This document shows, in pieces, positions 1-9,370 of a stretch of DNA of 64,000 nt. Within the stretch, counting starts at the first letter, position 1, and each line of letters begins with the position of its first letter. Both the position numbers and the translations under genes were made by a program. The notes under the pieces were generated by a model. It ran no database searches. It was not told the origin of the DNA and saw only the letters and a program-made list of their open reading frames with translations. Source of the DNA: an uncultured Gammaproteobacteria bacterium (GTDB taxonomy: Bacteria > Patescibacteriota > Patescibacteriia > UBA1558 > UBA10009). Location: positions 91,303 through 155,302 of the forward strand of contig CAZPMS010000001.1 in NCBI GenBank assembly GCA_964588165.1, read 5' to 3'.

Positions 1-1132
1 CAGTTGATGCTGTTTCAACATCGGCAGATGTAATCTGGAAATAACTAATATTGCCAGAAGTGCCGGTAGAAATATCAACGTTTAAGGTTAAAGTTTTGGT
101 GGTGCCGGCAGGGATGCTTAAGTCTAAACCGCTAAACTGAGCCATATGAGAGGTACTGTTTAAAGTCTTACCATTGGTAAGCCTGGTAGCACCATCATAT
201 AGGTAAAGAGCGGCAAAGTCGCCAGTTGCACCAACGCCCATTCTTTTAACGCTAATCTTATCAACTTCAACAGCTCCGTCTGCAGAAGCAGTTAAATTAA
301 ATTTCATAACTGGCACATTGGTAGCAGAAATAGGGGCAACGCTAGCACCCGGGGTATTAGCAGCTAAAGCTGCTGTTAAACCGGTTCCTACAGCTACGCC
401 ACTACCGCCTGTCATTGGGTTGGCAATTGCATCTTCCATTGCAGTAATGGAAGTGCTATCTGTATAACCGGTCAGGTCTTCTACGGTTAACACATAATCC
501 ATGTTAAATCTGTTTCCGGTCATGCCTTCATCAGTAACAGGACGTTTGGTTGTACCGTCTACATAATAGACCTGGGCAGCATCAGCAGTTTTAACCAAGG
601 TACCTGTTGGATAGGTAGAAGAACTGGTTAAAGCAGTGCTGGCTGCATAGTTTGCAGATAAGTAGTTAGGCAATGGGATAATCATAGTTTCCCATGCAGA
701 ACCATATAAGGATACGGCAGTAGCTGCTGCATCAATGGCGTGAGTTGAGCCATCAGTGCCAACAGCATAAACTTCTGGAGTGTTAGAAACATTCCAGGTG
801 CCATCGCCTAAAACTTCGACATACTGAACTAACCTTGAACCTGGTCTTACAACCACGGTAGAACCGAGGGTATAGCTGACCATTTCATCGGTTGGGACAG
901 TTTTTACACTGTCAAAATCTGAATACCATGTAAGGTATTCTCTCTCATGGTGGAATGGATGTTTTACTAAACTTGCATCCAAGTAATAAACTGCTGGAGA
1001 GGAGTCGGATTTAATAAGGTCACCGGCTGTAGCTACATTAGCTGAAGCTACGTTAACGGCGCCAACAACACCCCAAAGGGCAGTTAATACCACCATTGAG
1101 ATCAAGAATGACTTCTTTATGAAGTTACTCAT
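1..1132 (-). CDS. Large secreted S-layer-like/surface protein, N-terminal part (runs off window start)
   Basis: Manual translation from ATG at 1132 (SD AGGAG): MSNFIKKSFLISMVVLTALWGVVGAVNVASANVATAGDLIKSDSSPAVYYLD...RPGSRLV...YPTGTLVKT...VPVMKFNLTA. Signal peptide, Thr/Ala/Gly/Ser-rich, with GDLIK..VYY / GTLVK..VYY repeats typical of Parcubacteria surface proteins. Absent from the ORF track because it is truncated. Confidence 0.8.
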   Translation of the reverse strand, partial: MSNFIKKSFLISMVVLTALWGVVGAVNVASANVATAGDLIKSDSSPAVYYLDASLVKHPFHHEREYLTWYSDFDSVKTVPTDEMVSYTLGSTVVVRPGSRLVQYVEVLGDGTWNVSNTPEVYAVGTDGSTHAIDAAATAVSLYGSAWETMIIPLPNYLSANYAASTALTSSSTYPTGTLVKTADAAQVYYVDGTTKRPVTDEGMTGNRFNMDYVLTVEDLTGYTDSTSITAMEDAIANPMTGGSGVAVGTGLTAALAANTPGASVAPISATNVPVMKFNLTASADGAVEVDKISVKRMGVGATGDFAALYLYDGATRLTNGKTLNSTSHMAQFSGLDLSIPAGTTKTLTLNVDISTGTSGNISYFQITSADVETAST

Positions 1133-1561
1133 ATTTTTTTAATCTCCTTTGTTATCTCACTTACCGCCTAATCCGTTTTTAAGAGTTGTCTTTCTGACCC
1201 TAAATTGTACGAAGTACTAGTTTAGGGAAATAAATCACGTTTTTACTAAACTGGTTTTCTCTTTGAAACCCCGACCTTTAGCAAATAAAACCGTGGACAG
1301 CCAATTAAAAACTTGGAAAAGAGCAAAGAAAGTGAGTGTTAATCAATCATTTTCTGATTATTTAATTATCTTAATTATTGACTTATGCCCGGACCCCCTA
1401 AACCGTTTGAAAGTTTAGGGGCCGGCGAGCACAAGCCAATCAATCAGTAAATGATTGGTTTTTAACTTCTACTAAATATAATAATATCTAGTAAATTAAT
1501 TAATAAATATAACAAAACTGGCTTATTTAGATATCCTCTAAATAAAGCCAATAGTTATCAA

Positions 1562-1590
1562 ATTATAAAATAACTAGCCTCTTTTGTCAA
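1562..1590 (-). promoter_or_regulatory. Consensus sigma70 promoter of the surface-protein gene
   Basis: Minus strand TTGACA (1590-1585), 17 bp, TATAAT (1567-1562). Confidence 0.8.
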
Positions 1591-1610
1591 AGAATTATTG
1601 TGGATTAAAT

Positions 1611-2954
1611 TTATTCTTCTGTTTCTTCTATAATTGCCGGATTTTCTCCCAAATACAGATAATTTATACTACTGGTACCTATTTCCGGTGTTTGTGTTGC
1701 TGATTGAATAATTTCACCGCCTAAAGGTGCATAATTAACACTATCTATATTAAATTCAATTATTTCCGGTGTATTCTCATTTATTCCTTCACCAAATTCT
1801 ATAACTCCTTCCACAGAGCCTTCTTCGTCAAAAATATGGACGCCATCTTCAGAAACAGCCTCTATATCTATTTCTTGATCTGAAACATCTTCTATTTTAG
1901 CAATAGTTTCTTTTGATTCTTCGTTAATTTTATTAGTTTCCTGAATTTTTTCTAAAGCTTCGGAAAGCATGCCATCATTAATTAAAACTTTAACCTCTTC
2001 TACTTTAACCTGAGCTTCTTCTGAATTTTCCTTAACTTCCTGTATGGCCACAGTTTCTTCGGAATCTATATTTTCCACAGTTTCTTCTGGTAACAATGGC
2101 TCCTGTTCTTGGCTAGGAACCTCAATTTCTTCTTCAATTTCTTTTAAATTTTTATCAGTTCTTTCAATTTTGTTATTTAAAATTTCCTTTACCTCTTCTT
2201 CTGAAATAACTTCATATATTATTTCTTCACCCTCTTCCGGTAAAGCTGGTTTATTTTCTACTTCGTCTATTAAAATTTGAATTGAGCTTTCTTCAGCCTT
2301 TTCCATCTCCTCTACTGCTTCTTCAACAGCTTCTTTTACTTCTTTTGAAGCTTCTTTTACTTCATTTAAATCTTCTATATTATCTGAAATATTTTTAGTA
2401 AACTCTTTGGCTAACTCTACAGTTCCTTGATGATCTTTTTCGCTTTCTTTTACAATTTCTAAAGAATTATTGGCAGCGCTGATATTTTGCTCCAACGATT
2501 TAACTACAGTATTAATATTTTCTGTTTTTTCACCTGGTGCAAAATCCTCTTTTTTGGCTAATTTTACAGCTTCTTCTTTCCTTTTGGTAGCATGCTTTAA
2601 ATTAACCTTAGTTTCACTCTTAGCAGTTAAAGCCATAACCAATTCAATCTTTTCAAAAGTTCTTTTTACTGTATATAAAGGCCTTTTAGGAATATATTCG
2701 GCCTGGGCCACCATATTTGTTCCGCCAACCAAGCCAATTACAATAAAAAATGAAACTACCTTAACTGGTGAAGGCATAACCCTTTTTACCCAAACCATTG
2801 AATTTAGCCTAAAACTAAAAGCCCAGGATGGCTCATTGCCTAAGGTATCCTGTTTTACTCTATTAATTAAAAAATTTCGGGTATTGGCTGTCCATTCTGG
2901 AGATGGCCCGGTTTTTTGTAATTTATTAAATTGTTTACAAAGCCTTTCTGGCAT
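1611..2954 (-). CDS. DUF5667-like membrane-anchored acidic coiled-coil protein (putative anti-sigma partner)
   Basis: Single TM segment then 'P..PLYTVKRTFEKIEL...HATKRKEEA' motif; directly downstream of the ECF sigma gene. Confidence 0.65.
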   Translation of the reverse strand: MPERLCKQFNKLQKTGPSPEWTANTRNFLINRVKQDTLGNEPSWAFSFRLNSMVWVKRVMPSPVKVVSFFIVIGLVGGTNMVAQAEYIPKRPLYTVKRTFEKIELVMALTAKSETKVNLKHATKRKEEAVKLAKKEDFAPGEKTENINTVVKSLEQNISAANNSLEIVKESEKDHQGTVELAKEFTKNISDNIEDLNEVKEASKEVKEAVEEAVEEMEKAEESSIQILIDEVENKPALPEEGEEIIYEVISEEEVKEILNNKIERTDKNLKEIEEEIEVPSQEQEPLLPEETVENIDSEETVAIQEVKENSEEAQVKVEEVKVLINDGMLSEALEKIQETNKINEESKETIAKIEDVSDQEIDIEAVSEDGVHIFDEEGSVEGVIEFGEGINENTPEIIEFNIDSVNYAPLGGEIIQSATQTPEIGTSSINYLYLGENPAIIEETEE

Positions 2955-2985
2955 ATTTTTTAGGAAGTTAGGAGGTGAGAAGGTT

Positions 2986-3014
2986 AGGAAGTTAGTAAAC
3001 TAGCATTCTGACAT
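2986..3014 (+). repeat. 29-bp dispersed repeat, copy 1
   Basis: AGGAAGTTAGTAAACTAGCATTCTGACAT identical to 34867-34895. Confidence 0.85.
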
Positions 3015-3023
3015 ACTGGTTTT

Positions 3024-3560
3024 TTAATTTATATAATTATTAAGTTCTTTTAACGCTCGGTGGATAATTACCCTAACGTTGGCTGATGATTTATCCACAA
3101 TTTTAGCAATTTCTTTGATACTCATTTCCTCAATAAATCTTAGGATTATTATTTCTCTTACATCAAATTTTAGCTCAAGAAGAATTTTCTGAAGATAATC
3201 AATATCTAAATTTTTATCAGGATTAATTTTTAGTTCACTCTCTATATTTTCTTCCGGATAAATAAGGGGCAATTCTTCTTTTTCACGCGTGCGATAATAA
3301 TCAATTATCAAATTCCTGGCCACTTTATAAATCCATGCTTGGAAGCTGCTAATTTTAACACCTGTTGATACCTGCTCCCAGGCCTTTAAAAAGCATTGGC
3401 TGGTAAAGTCTTCGGCCAGCTCTTTAGTGGCCACTTTATAATAGATAAACCTGTAAATTTTCTTAGAATATTTATCAAAAAGTAAGCCAAAAGCTTCAGC
3501 ATCGCCTTGGCGTGATTTTGAGACTAAAATCTTATCATTATTTTCAATAGAACTCTTCAT
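3024..3560 (-). CDS. ECF RNA polymerase sigma-70 factor
   Basis: Region 2 'GDAEAFGLLFDKY...AEDFTSQCFLKAW...WIYKVARNLIIDYYR' and region 4 'MSIKEIAKIVDKSSANVRVIIHRALKEL'; start reassigned to MKSSIEN. Confidence 0.92.
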   Translation of the reverse strand: MKSSIENNDKILVSKSRQGDAEAFGLLFDKYSKKIYRFIYYKVATKELAEDFTSQCFLKAWEQVSTGVKISSFQAWIYKVARNLIIDYYRTREKEELPLIYPEENIESELKINPDKNLDIDYLQKILLELKFDVREIIILRFIEEMSIKEIAKIVDKSSANVRVIIHRALKELNNYIN

Positions 3561-3566
3561 TAAATA

Positions 3567-3593
3567 AGACGTAAAAATGATTAAAATGTTACA
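3567..3593 (-). promoter_or_regulatory. Putative autoregulatory ECF promoter
   Basis: TGTAAC-N16-CGTCT ending 6 nt before the sigma ATG; fits the AAC...CGT ECF pattern. Confidence 0.6.
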
Positions 3594-3791
3594 AATACTA
3601 CGCAATAAAATTAAATTTCTTTCAAGATTTTAAAGATTTTCTGGGTAACTCTAAAAGAAATGCCGTTTTAAAGCATTTATAGATACTTCATTATTATATT
3701 TTAAGTAAAAATAAATGTCTATATCAGCTTTGCACATGTAAATTTTAACAAAAATTTGACTAAATTTACTATTCTTAGGTATACTTAGTTC

Positions 3792-3858
3792 TAGAATATT
3801 CTATACTTAATTATATATATCATTATGATTAGCCTAATTTAAAGTGTAGAATATTCTA
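3792..3858. promoter_or_regulatory. Two copies of palindrome TAGAATATTCTA (putative operator)
   Basis: Perfect 12-bp palindromes at 3792-3803 and 3847-3858, downstream of TTGACT-N18-TATACT (3756-3785). Confidence 0.55.
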
Positions 3859-3884
3859 AAGATTAATGGTAAGCTAACATATAT

Positions 3885-4199
3885 ATGGAAAATATCAAAA
3901 AAACATATCCTATTAGGGTTTCTGTCTCTGAATCTGCTAGATTATTTGGAGTTTCTACTAAAACCATAAGGCAGGCCTTAAAGGCTAATGAAATCCGATA
4001 TATTGTTAGCAGGGGAAGGTATAGAATCAATTTTGAAAGCCTACTTAAATGGTCCCAGGAATCCACCAGAAGGCGAAATTTACTAGGCTCTACTGGGATT
4101 GGCCAGTTTGTGGAAAAATGGCATATCCACAATAAAAAATACAGTCCCACAGAAGAGCTGGCTAAAAGAGTAAAAGGAGAGGCTAAAGAATCTGATTAA
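3885..4199 (+). CDS. Excisionase/MerR-like helix-turn-helix DNA-binding protein
   Basis: 'VSVSESARLFGVSTKTIRQALK...GRYRINFESLLKW' HTH_17-like pattern. Confidence 0.8.
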   Translation: MENIKKTYPIRVSVSESARLFGVSTKTIRQALKANEIRYIVSRGRYRINFESLLKWSQESTRRRNLLGSTGIGQFVEKWHIHNKKYSPTEELAKRVKGEAKESD

Positions 4200-5422
4200 T
4201 CCAGCTCAACTTTTCTAAAACCAATTCTATCTTTAGCTAAATTTTTAGTTTTCCACATAATGCCTTTATAGATTATTTGGTTGCCATAATGGTTATTTAT
4301 GGTGTCTAAAGCTTGCGTAAGTTGCGGGCTTTCTTTACTGGCAAATAACTCTAATTGATTAGATGGGTGGCTTAAGTTAAACACACCCACAGCCAGCATT
4401 CTTATTTTATCTTCTAACCTTGACTTATTTAAAATATTTGAGGCTAACTTATAAATACCGTCTGTTGAATAAACAGATTTTTTTAATTTGAATCTTTTTC
4501 CAAAACCGCCGCCGGATAGGTAAGTCCAGTTAACATATAAACCATAAGCAACCTGGCCACGCTGCCTTAAACGCCGGCCAACTTTATGAGTAAGTTTAGC
4601 TAAAATAGATAGTAGATATTTTTTATCTGTGGTTTGCCTAGGGATACAATATGAATGGCCGATTGATTTAGATAAAAGTTCTGTTGGACCTTTTAAGTTA
4701 TCAATTTCTAAACCATTAACTCTGGCCCATAAAAAATAACCGTATTTGCCTAAAGCCAAAATCAAATTTTCTAATGGATAGTTTTTTAAATCTAAAATTG
4801 ACCGGATGCCAAGATAATTTAAACGCTTAGCTATTCTGATATTTATGCCCCAAATATCAGTTAGCCGATGTTGCTTAAATATGCCGTCTAGTTGATCTTT
4901 TTTCTCAATAACCATTAAACTATCCGGTTTAGCTATATCAGAGGCAAATTTAGCTAAAAATTTCGTAAAAGAAAGGCCTATGGAACACTTTAACCATTCA
5001 CCAATTTCGGTTTTTATTCTGGATTGAATATCATAAGCTATGTCCGAAGCATGTTTGAAACTCTTAGCATAGCCAGTTAAGTCTAAAAAGCCTTCATCTA
5101 TGCTGTAAGGTTCAAAATCACTGCTGTATGACCTTAAAATACCAAAAAACTTCTTAGTAACGGCTCGGTATTTATCAGGATCGTTTTCTATTAAAATAAC
5201 TTTTGAATAAAGCTTTTTAGCATCGGCTACTTTACAGCCAGTTTTTATGCCAACTTTTTTAGCTTCTATAGAGGAGGCAATAATGGTGCCATTATTAGAT
5301 AAATAAGCGCAAACCCCGACCGGCTTATGCCTAAAAAAAGGATTGGCTTGCTGCTCAACCGAAGCAAAATAAGAATTCATATCTAAATGAAGAATAATCC
5401 GTTTTGATTGACAATTGGCCAT
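4196..5422 (-). CDS. dinB: DNA polymerase IV (Y-family)
   Basis: 'ILHLDMNSYFASVEQ', 'YSIDEGFLD', 'KFLAKFASD..KPD' motifs. Confidence 0.93.
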   Translation of the reverse strand: MANCQSKRIILHLDMNSYFASVEQQANPFFRHKPVGVCAYLSNNGTIIASSIEAKKVGIKTGCKVADAKKLYSKVILIENDPDKYRAVTKKFFGILRSYSSDFEPYSIDEGFLDLTGYAKSFKHASDIAYDIQSRIKTEIGEWLKCSIGLSFTKFLAKFASDIAKPDSLMVIEKKDQLDGIFKQHRLTDIWGINIRIAKRLNYLGIRSILDLKNYPLENLILALGKYGYFLWARVNGLEIDNLKGPTELLSKSIGHSYCIPRQTTDKKYLLSILAKLTHKVGRRLRQRGQVAYGLYVNWTYLSGGGFGKRFKLKKSVYSTDGIYKLASNILNKSRLEDKIRMLAVGVFNLSHPSNQLELFASKESPQLTQALDTINNHYGNQIIYKGIMWKTKNLAKDRIGFRKVELD

Positions 5423-5513
5423 ATTTTAGTTAATTTTAAGCTACAGCGGTTATTTTTAATAGCTAATTATAGTTATAGAAATTTTATTCTTAATTAAAAT
5501 ATTTTAAAAAACT

Positions 5514-5885
5514 ATGTTTAAAAAAATATTAATAACTATTCTTATAATTATCGGGATTGGCTTTATTTTAATTATCTACAATCCGTTAAAGCCAAATAAT
5601 CTGTGTTCTAATCTAGATGAAGAAGCCTGCTTTAATAATGAACAATGCCGTGGAGTTTATGGACCAAGTTCATGCAATTGGATCGGACACTGCACTACTG
5701 ATGAAGCTTATAAAGGTTGTGAGTTGTTATCTATTAAAAACCAGGAAAAGGTTAAGCAAGATAAAATACTTTGTCAAAACACCGGCGGTAAATGGAAAAA
5801 TACAAAATTGTCACAATCCGACGAATGCGATTGTCAACAATATTATTTTAAAGAAAACGAAGGTTGTGTGTCTAATCAAAAATAG
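5514..5885 (+). CDS. Small Cys-rich membrane-anchored/secreted protein
   Basis: N-terminal hydrophobic anchor; 10 Cys in the remainder; 'CQNTGGKW' motif. Confidence 0.7.
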   Translation: MFKKILITILIIIGIGFILIIYNPLKPNNLCSNLDEEACFNNEQCRGVYGPSSCNWIGHCTTDEAYKGCELLSIKNQEKVKQDKILCQNTGGKWKNTKLSQSDECDCQQYYFKENEGCVSNQK

Positions 5886-5947
5886 GTTTACAATAATTAT
5901 ATAATTATTAAAACAAACTCTGATAGTTTTCTATTCAGGGTTTTTAT

Positions 5948-6193
5948 TTACCCGTTATACAAACTGGCTAAAATCCAGGTTAAAGTAAATGGATTAAAAA
6001 TGAGTTGGAAGTAGTTGGCTTTATCAGTTATGGAAAAATGATATAAAAGTTCTTTGCCTGTTCTGGAAGTATGGACCAAATGAACCTTTTCTACCTTATA
6101 CATTTTACGACGCCAAACAAAAAACTTAGGAATTATTTCATTTTGTTTAAAGCTGGCCACAACTTCGATTGGTTCATTAATTTGATCATACAT
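5948..6193 (-). CDS. Small SOS-cassette protein (DUF6504-like)
   Basis: Starts 3 bp after lexA stop; 'NEPIEV...P..F.WR...Y.V...YF.L......W.L' pattern. Confidence 0.65.
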   Translation of the reverse strand: MYDQINEPIEVVASFKQNEIIPKFFVWRRKMYKVEKVHLVHTSRTGKELLYHFSITDKANYFQLIFNPFTLTWILASLYNG

Positions 6194-6196
6194 AAT

Positions 6197-6814
6197 TTAA
6201 ACAACAGCAAATTTTCTAATAACGGCCCTCACTACTCCCTGGATCAAAGGATCTTTAGTATAGATAGGTTTCATATTGCTATTGGCCGGTTGTAGGCGGA
6301 TCCGGTTTTTTTCCCGATAAAACTTTTTTAAAGTAGCATAAGCATTATCTAAAAGAGCCACTACCACTTCTCCATTTTTAGGACTATGATTTCTTTCTAC
6401 AATTACATAGTCGCCGTTCCAAATGCCCTCATCAATCATAGATTGGCCCTTAACTCTTAAAACATAGCTATTTTCTATATCGGCCACAAAATCAGCTGGG
6501 ATAGCCATGGTTTCTTTATCTTCTAAGGCCTCAATGGGCTCACCAGCTGTAATTAAGCCTACCAAAGGCAAATCTACAGCAATAGAATCACGGTAGCTGG
6601 ATAATAAAACCGGCTCTAAAGACCGTTTTTGGTTTTCTTGGGCCTTAAGATAGCCTTTTTCTTCTAAAGCCTTTACGTGCTGATGAATAGTGGCCGGAGA
6701 AGAAATACCAAAATGGTCGGCAATTTCCATATAACTTGGCGAATAATCGTTATCTTTAAGATAATAAGTTATGAAATCTAAAATTTCTTTTTGACGTTTA
6801 GTTAGTTTGTCCAT
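6197..6814 (-). CDS. lexA: SOS repressor LexA
   Basis: 'LTKRQKEIL...SPSYMEIA' HTH, Ala-Gly cleavage site (ITAGEPI), catalytic 'GQSM' Ser and 'ATLKKF' Lys; start at MDKLTKRQ. Confidence 0.96.
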   Translation of the reverse strand: MDKLTKRQKEILDFITYYLKDNDYSPSYMEIADHFGISSPATIHQHVKALEEKGYLKAQENQKRSLEPVLLSSYRDSIAVDLPLVGLITAGEPIEALEDKETMAIPADFVADIENSYVLRVKGQSMIDEGIWNGDYVIVERNHSPKNGEVVVALLDNAYATLKKFYREKNRIRLQPANSNMKPIYTKDPLIQGVVRAVIRKFAVV

Positions 6815-6978
6815 AATATTGATTATTAATAAATGATGCTCCATGACCCATAACAAATTATTGATCATAGTGTATAGATTATGAATTATTATTAAGTTTT
6901 CCCCAGCCTCCCTTTATTCCCTATACTAACCTTAGCTCTTTTTATAAAAATTAAAATTAGTGCGGGGTTTATATATAC

Positions 6979-7006
6979 ATTATACCGAAAATAAACCGAA
7001 AGTCAA
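6979..7006 (-). promoter_or_regulatory. lexA promoter with TTCGG-N6-TTCGG SOS box in the spacer
   Basis: Minus strand TTGACT-TTCGGTTTATTTTCGG-TATAAT. Confidence 0.75.
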
Positions 7007-7052
7007 ACTCGCCTACAAATGCTTAAAAAATAAACAGCTAAAAGGCGAGTTT

Positions 7053-7172
7053 GTCCTGAGCGAACCCGCCGATTCGGCGGGGAGTCGAAGGACCCCTTCA
7101 CAAAATAAATAGAATATAAAGTTGATTTGACCCCAAGTGAATCCCGACGTAAGGAGGGGTGAGTCGAGGGGT
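7053..7172. repeat. Tandem GC-rich palindromic REP-like elements
   Basis: GTCCTGAGCGAA...GAGTCGAAGGAC and CCCCAAGTGAA...GAGTCGAGGGG; related to 18335-18358 and 27116-27139. Confidence 0.6.
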
Positions 7173-7248
7173 CTCTTTCCTCAAATAAAAAAATCCGTCT
7201 ATTTAAAACGGATCCCTAGTTACTAGTTACCAGCCCCCTGTCCCTAAC

Positions 7249-8541
7249 CTACATCTCACCCAAAACCACTTTTATTTCCATCTCCTCCCCTGCCCTGACA
7301 ATCATTAAGCTTACTTCTTGGCCCGGAGTGTAATCTTGAATTAATTTAGTTAAAGAATTTTTTTCGTCTATATCTTCACCATTTACTTTAATAACTATAT
7401 CCCCTGCTTTTAAACCGGCTTCTGCTGCAACACTTTCTGTTTCTACAGCTAAAATATTTTTAGCAGCATTGCCCAGTAAAACAGCTCCATTTATCCTGCC
7501 TTCAGTTACTTCAGTAGATAAGCCAATACTTTCTGATAGATCAATATAATAAACTCCCAGGTCGCTCCGGATAATTTCCTGGCTGTTAACTAAAAAATTG
7601 TTGGTGGCTGATTTTAAGTAGTATGCCGGAATGGCCAGATCTATTAAATCTCGGCCGGAATTAAACAGCACGCCTACTACTTCGTTTTTATCGTTAATTA
7701 AAGCGGCACCGTTGTATACATCTTCAAACTGGTTAGCCACTTTTAAGTAATGGTCTATGGCTTCCGTGGAAAGCAAAAAATCTTCTCCCTTGGATTGATC
7801 GTGGTAAGAAAACTTTTGTAAAGAAGTTTTAATAATATCGGAACCGTGATTTTGAATGCTATAACGGGTGGAAAGCAAAACGTTGGTGGCTGATAAATTA
7901 TTTACTTCAGCGAATCTGGCCGGTGCCAGGCCCTCTTTGGCTATTTTAATTAAAACCGTACCGCTAAATTCATCGATTACTTCTTTGGTTGGCACGAAAG
8001 TTTCTTTATTATTGGTAACTATCACATAATCCTCATCTGTTATAACCGATTGGTGGGTTAAAAGCCAGCCGTCGCTGGTTACCACTATGCCTGATCCTAA
8101 AAAATCTTTTTCTAAATATATTGAATCTAAAATGCCTCCGGCTTTTTTACTTTTGTAAAAACCTACCAACTGGCTCCTGATTTCAGTTAAAACCTTACCA
8201 TAAGCATCATCTTCTTCTTTAAGCAAAAAATTTAAATCCAAAATCTGATCCTCATCACCTTTATCTTTATCAACATCCAGAGCGGTGCCCCTATAATAAC
8301 TATCATATAAATTATCCTGTACAAGGCCTGCTACAAAACCGCCCAATAAAGAAATTATTACAAGTAAAATTAAAACTTTTAAGTTAATTTCTGATTTGGT
8401 TATAATTTTAGGCGGCTTAATTTCTTGATGATAAATTTCTTCCAGAGTTTGTTCCTTGCTTAGTTTGGATGTTTTAGGCTTTTTAACCGGTGTAGGATTA
8501 TTAGAAACGCCGCCAGATTTTATATCTTTTACCTTAACCAT
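7249..8541 (-). CDS. HtrA/DegP-like trypsin-fold + PDZ protein, catalytic triad degenerate
   Basis: TM anchor, 'GSGIVVTSDGWLLT', PDZ 'AAEAGLKAGDIVIKVNG'; no TNxHV or GNSGG motif. Confidence 0.85.
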   Translation of the reverse strand: MVKVKDIKSGGVSNNPTPVKKPKTSKLSKEQTLEEIYHQEIKPPKIITKSEINLKVLILLVIISLLGGFVAGLVQDNLYDSYYRGTALDVDKDKGDEDQILDLNFLLKEEDDAYGKVLTEIRSQLVGFYKSKKAGGILDSIYLEKDFLGSGIVVTSDGWLLTHQSVITDEDYVIVTNNKETFVPTKEVIDEFSGTVLIKIAKEGLAPARFAEVNNLSATNVLLSTRYSIQNHGSDIIKTSLQKFSYHDQSKGEDFLLSTEAIDHYLKVANQFEDVYNGAALINDKNEVVGVLFNSGRDLIDLAIPAYYLKSATNNFLVNSQEIIRSDLGVYYIDLSESIGLSTEVTEGRINGAVLLGNAAKNILAVETESVAAEAGLKAGDIVIKVNGEDIDEKNSLTKLIQDYTPGQEVSLMIVRAGEEMEIKVVLGEM

Positions 8542-8587
8542 AGATGAATATTTAATTGGCTTAAATTATACACTATTTTAGCTGTTT

Positions 8588-9361
8588 TTAAAACCATCTG
8601 GCAGTTAATAAAATGATTATTAAAAGCAAAGAAGTAATAATTAAATAATTTCTGAAAACTTTTTTTGTTAAATTTTTCTGATATTCGTTATCTCGTAAAA
8701 TAGAAAAAATTAGATAAATTAAACTGAATAAAATACCTTTTAAATAATAAACAAAAGAAAGGCTTATAACTGCCCAAAAAATCTCTGAAGCAATTAAAGC
8801 AATTAATAAGTGGAAATAAAAACTTTTTTTTACTTGATCATAGGTGCTGAAAAATTCATTCATCCTTGAAAGCAGCAAAACTATCGCAAAAACTGTGGCT
8901 ATTAACAAAAATTTGGAGTAATTTAAAAAATCAATAAAGCCAAATAGGCTAGTGCTGATAAAAAACAAAATTATTATTTCAAAAAATTTGTAATTTAATA
9001 TTTCCTGGCCTTTTTCTAATATAGACGTTTTAAAAAACCTTCCGAATAAAATTTCAAAATAAAATAATAAAACCAAAAATAATAAAACCACTATTCCCAG
9101 CTTAAACCAAAGGTTTTCCAGTAAAATTAAAACCATCAATAACCCTGTATTCACCAAAATTCCTATTATAATATAAAAAAACATCTCTCTTGGATGTTTA
9201 ACTTTTTTGCTTACCTTAATAAACAGCCAAATACTAGCAGAAATCAGTAAGCAGCTTCCGCCCAAAATATAATAAAAACTGCTCTCGTGCCAAAACAAAA
9301 TGGAAACCAAAGCAGTTACTAAAATAGGGCTAATAATTGAAAGAATTCTGGCCAAAAGCAT
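8588..9361 (-). CDS. Multi-pass membrane protein
   Basis: About 8 hydrophobic segments; operonic. Confidence 0.75.
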   Translation of the reverse strand: MLLARILSIISPILVTALVSILFWHESSFYYILGGSCLLISASIWLFIKVSKKVKHPREMFFYIIIGILVNTGLLMVLILLENLWFKLGIVVLLFLVLLFYFEILFGRFFKTSILEKGQEILNYKFFEIIILFFISTSLFGFIDFLNYSKFLLIATVFAIVLLLSRMNEFFSTYDQVKKSFYFHLLIALIASEIFWAVISLSFVYYLKGILFSLIYLIFSILRDNEYQKNLTKKVFRNYLIITSLLLIIILLTARWF

Positions 9362-9370
9362 ATCTTATTC

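Noticed and set aside
1190-1430. Known riboswitch (e.g. c-di-GMP-I) in the surface-protein leader
   Set aside because: I could not find the diagnostic conserved nucleotides; it is kept only as an unclassified structured leader.
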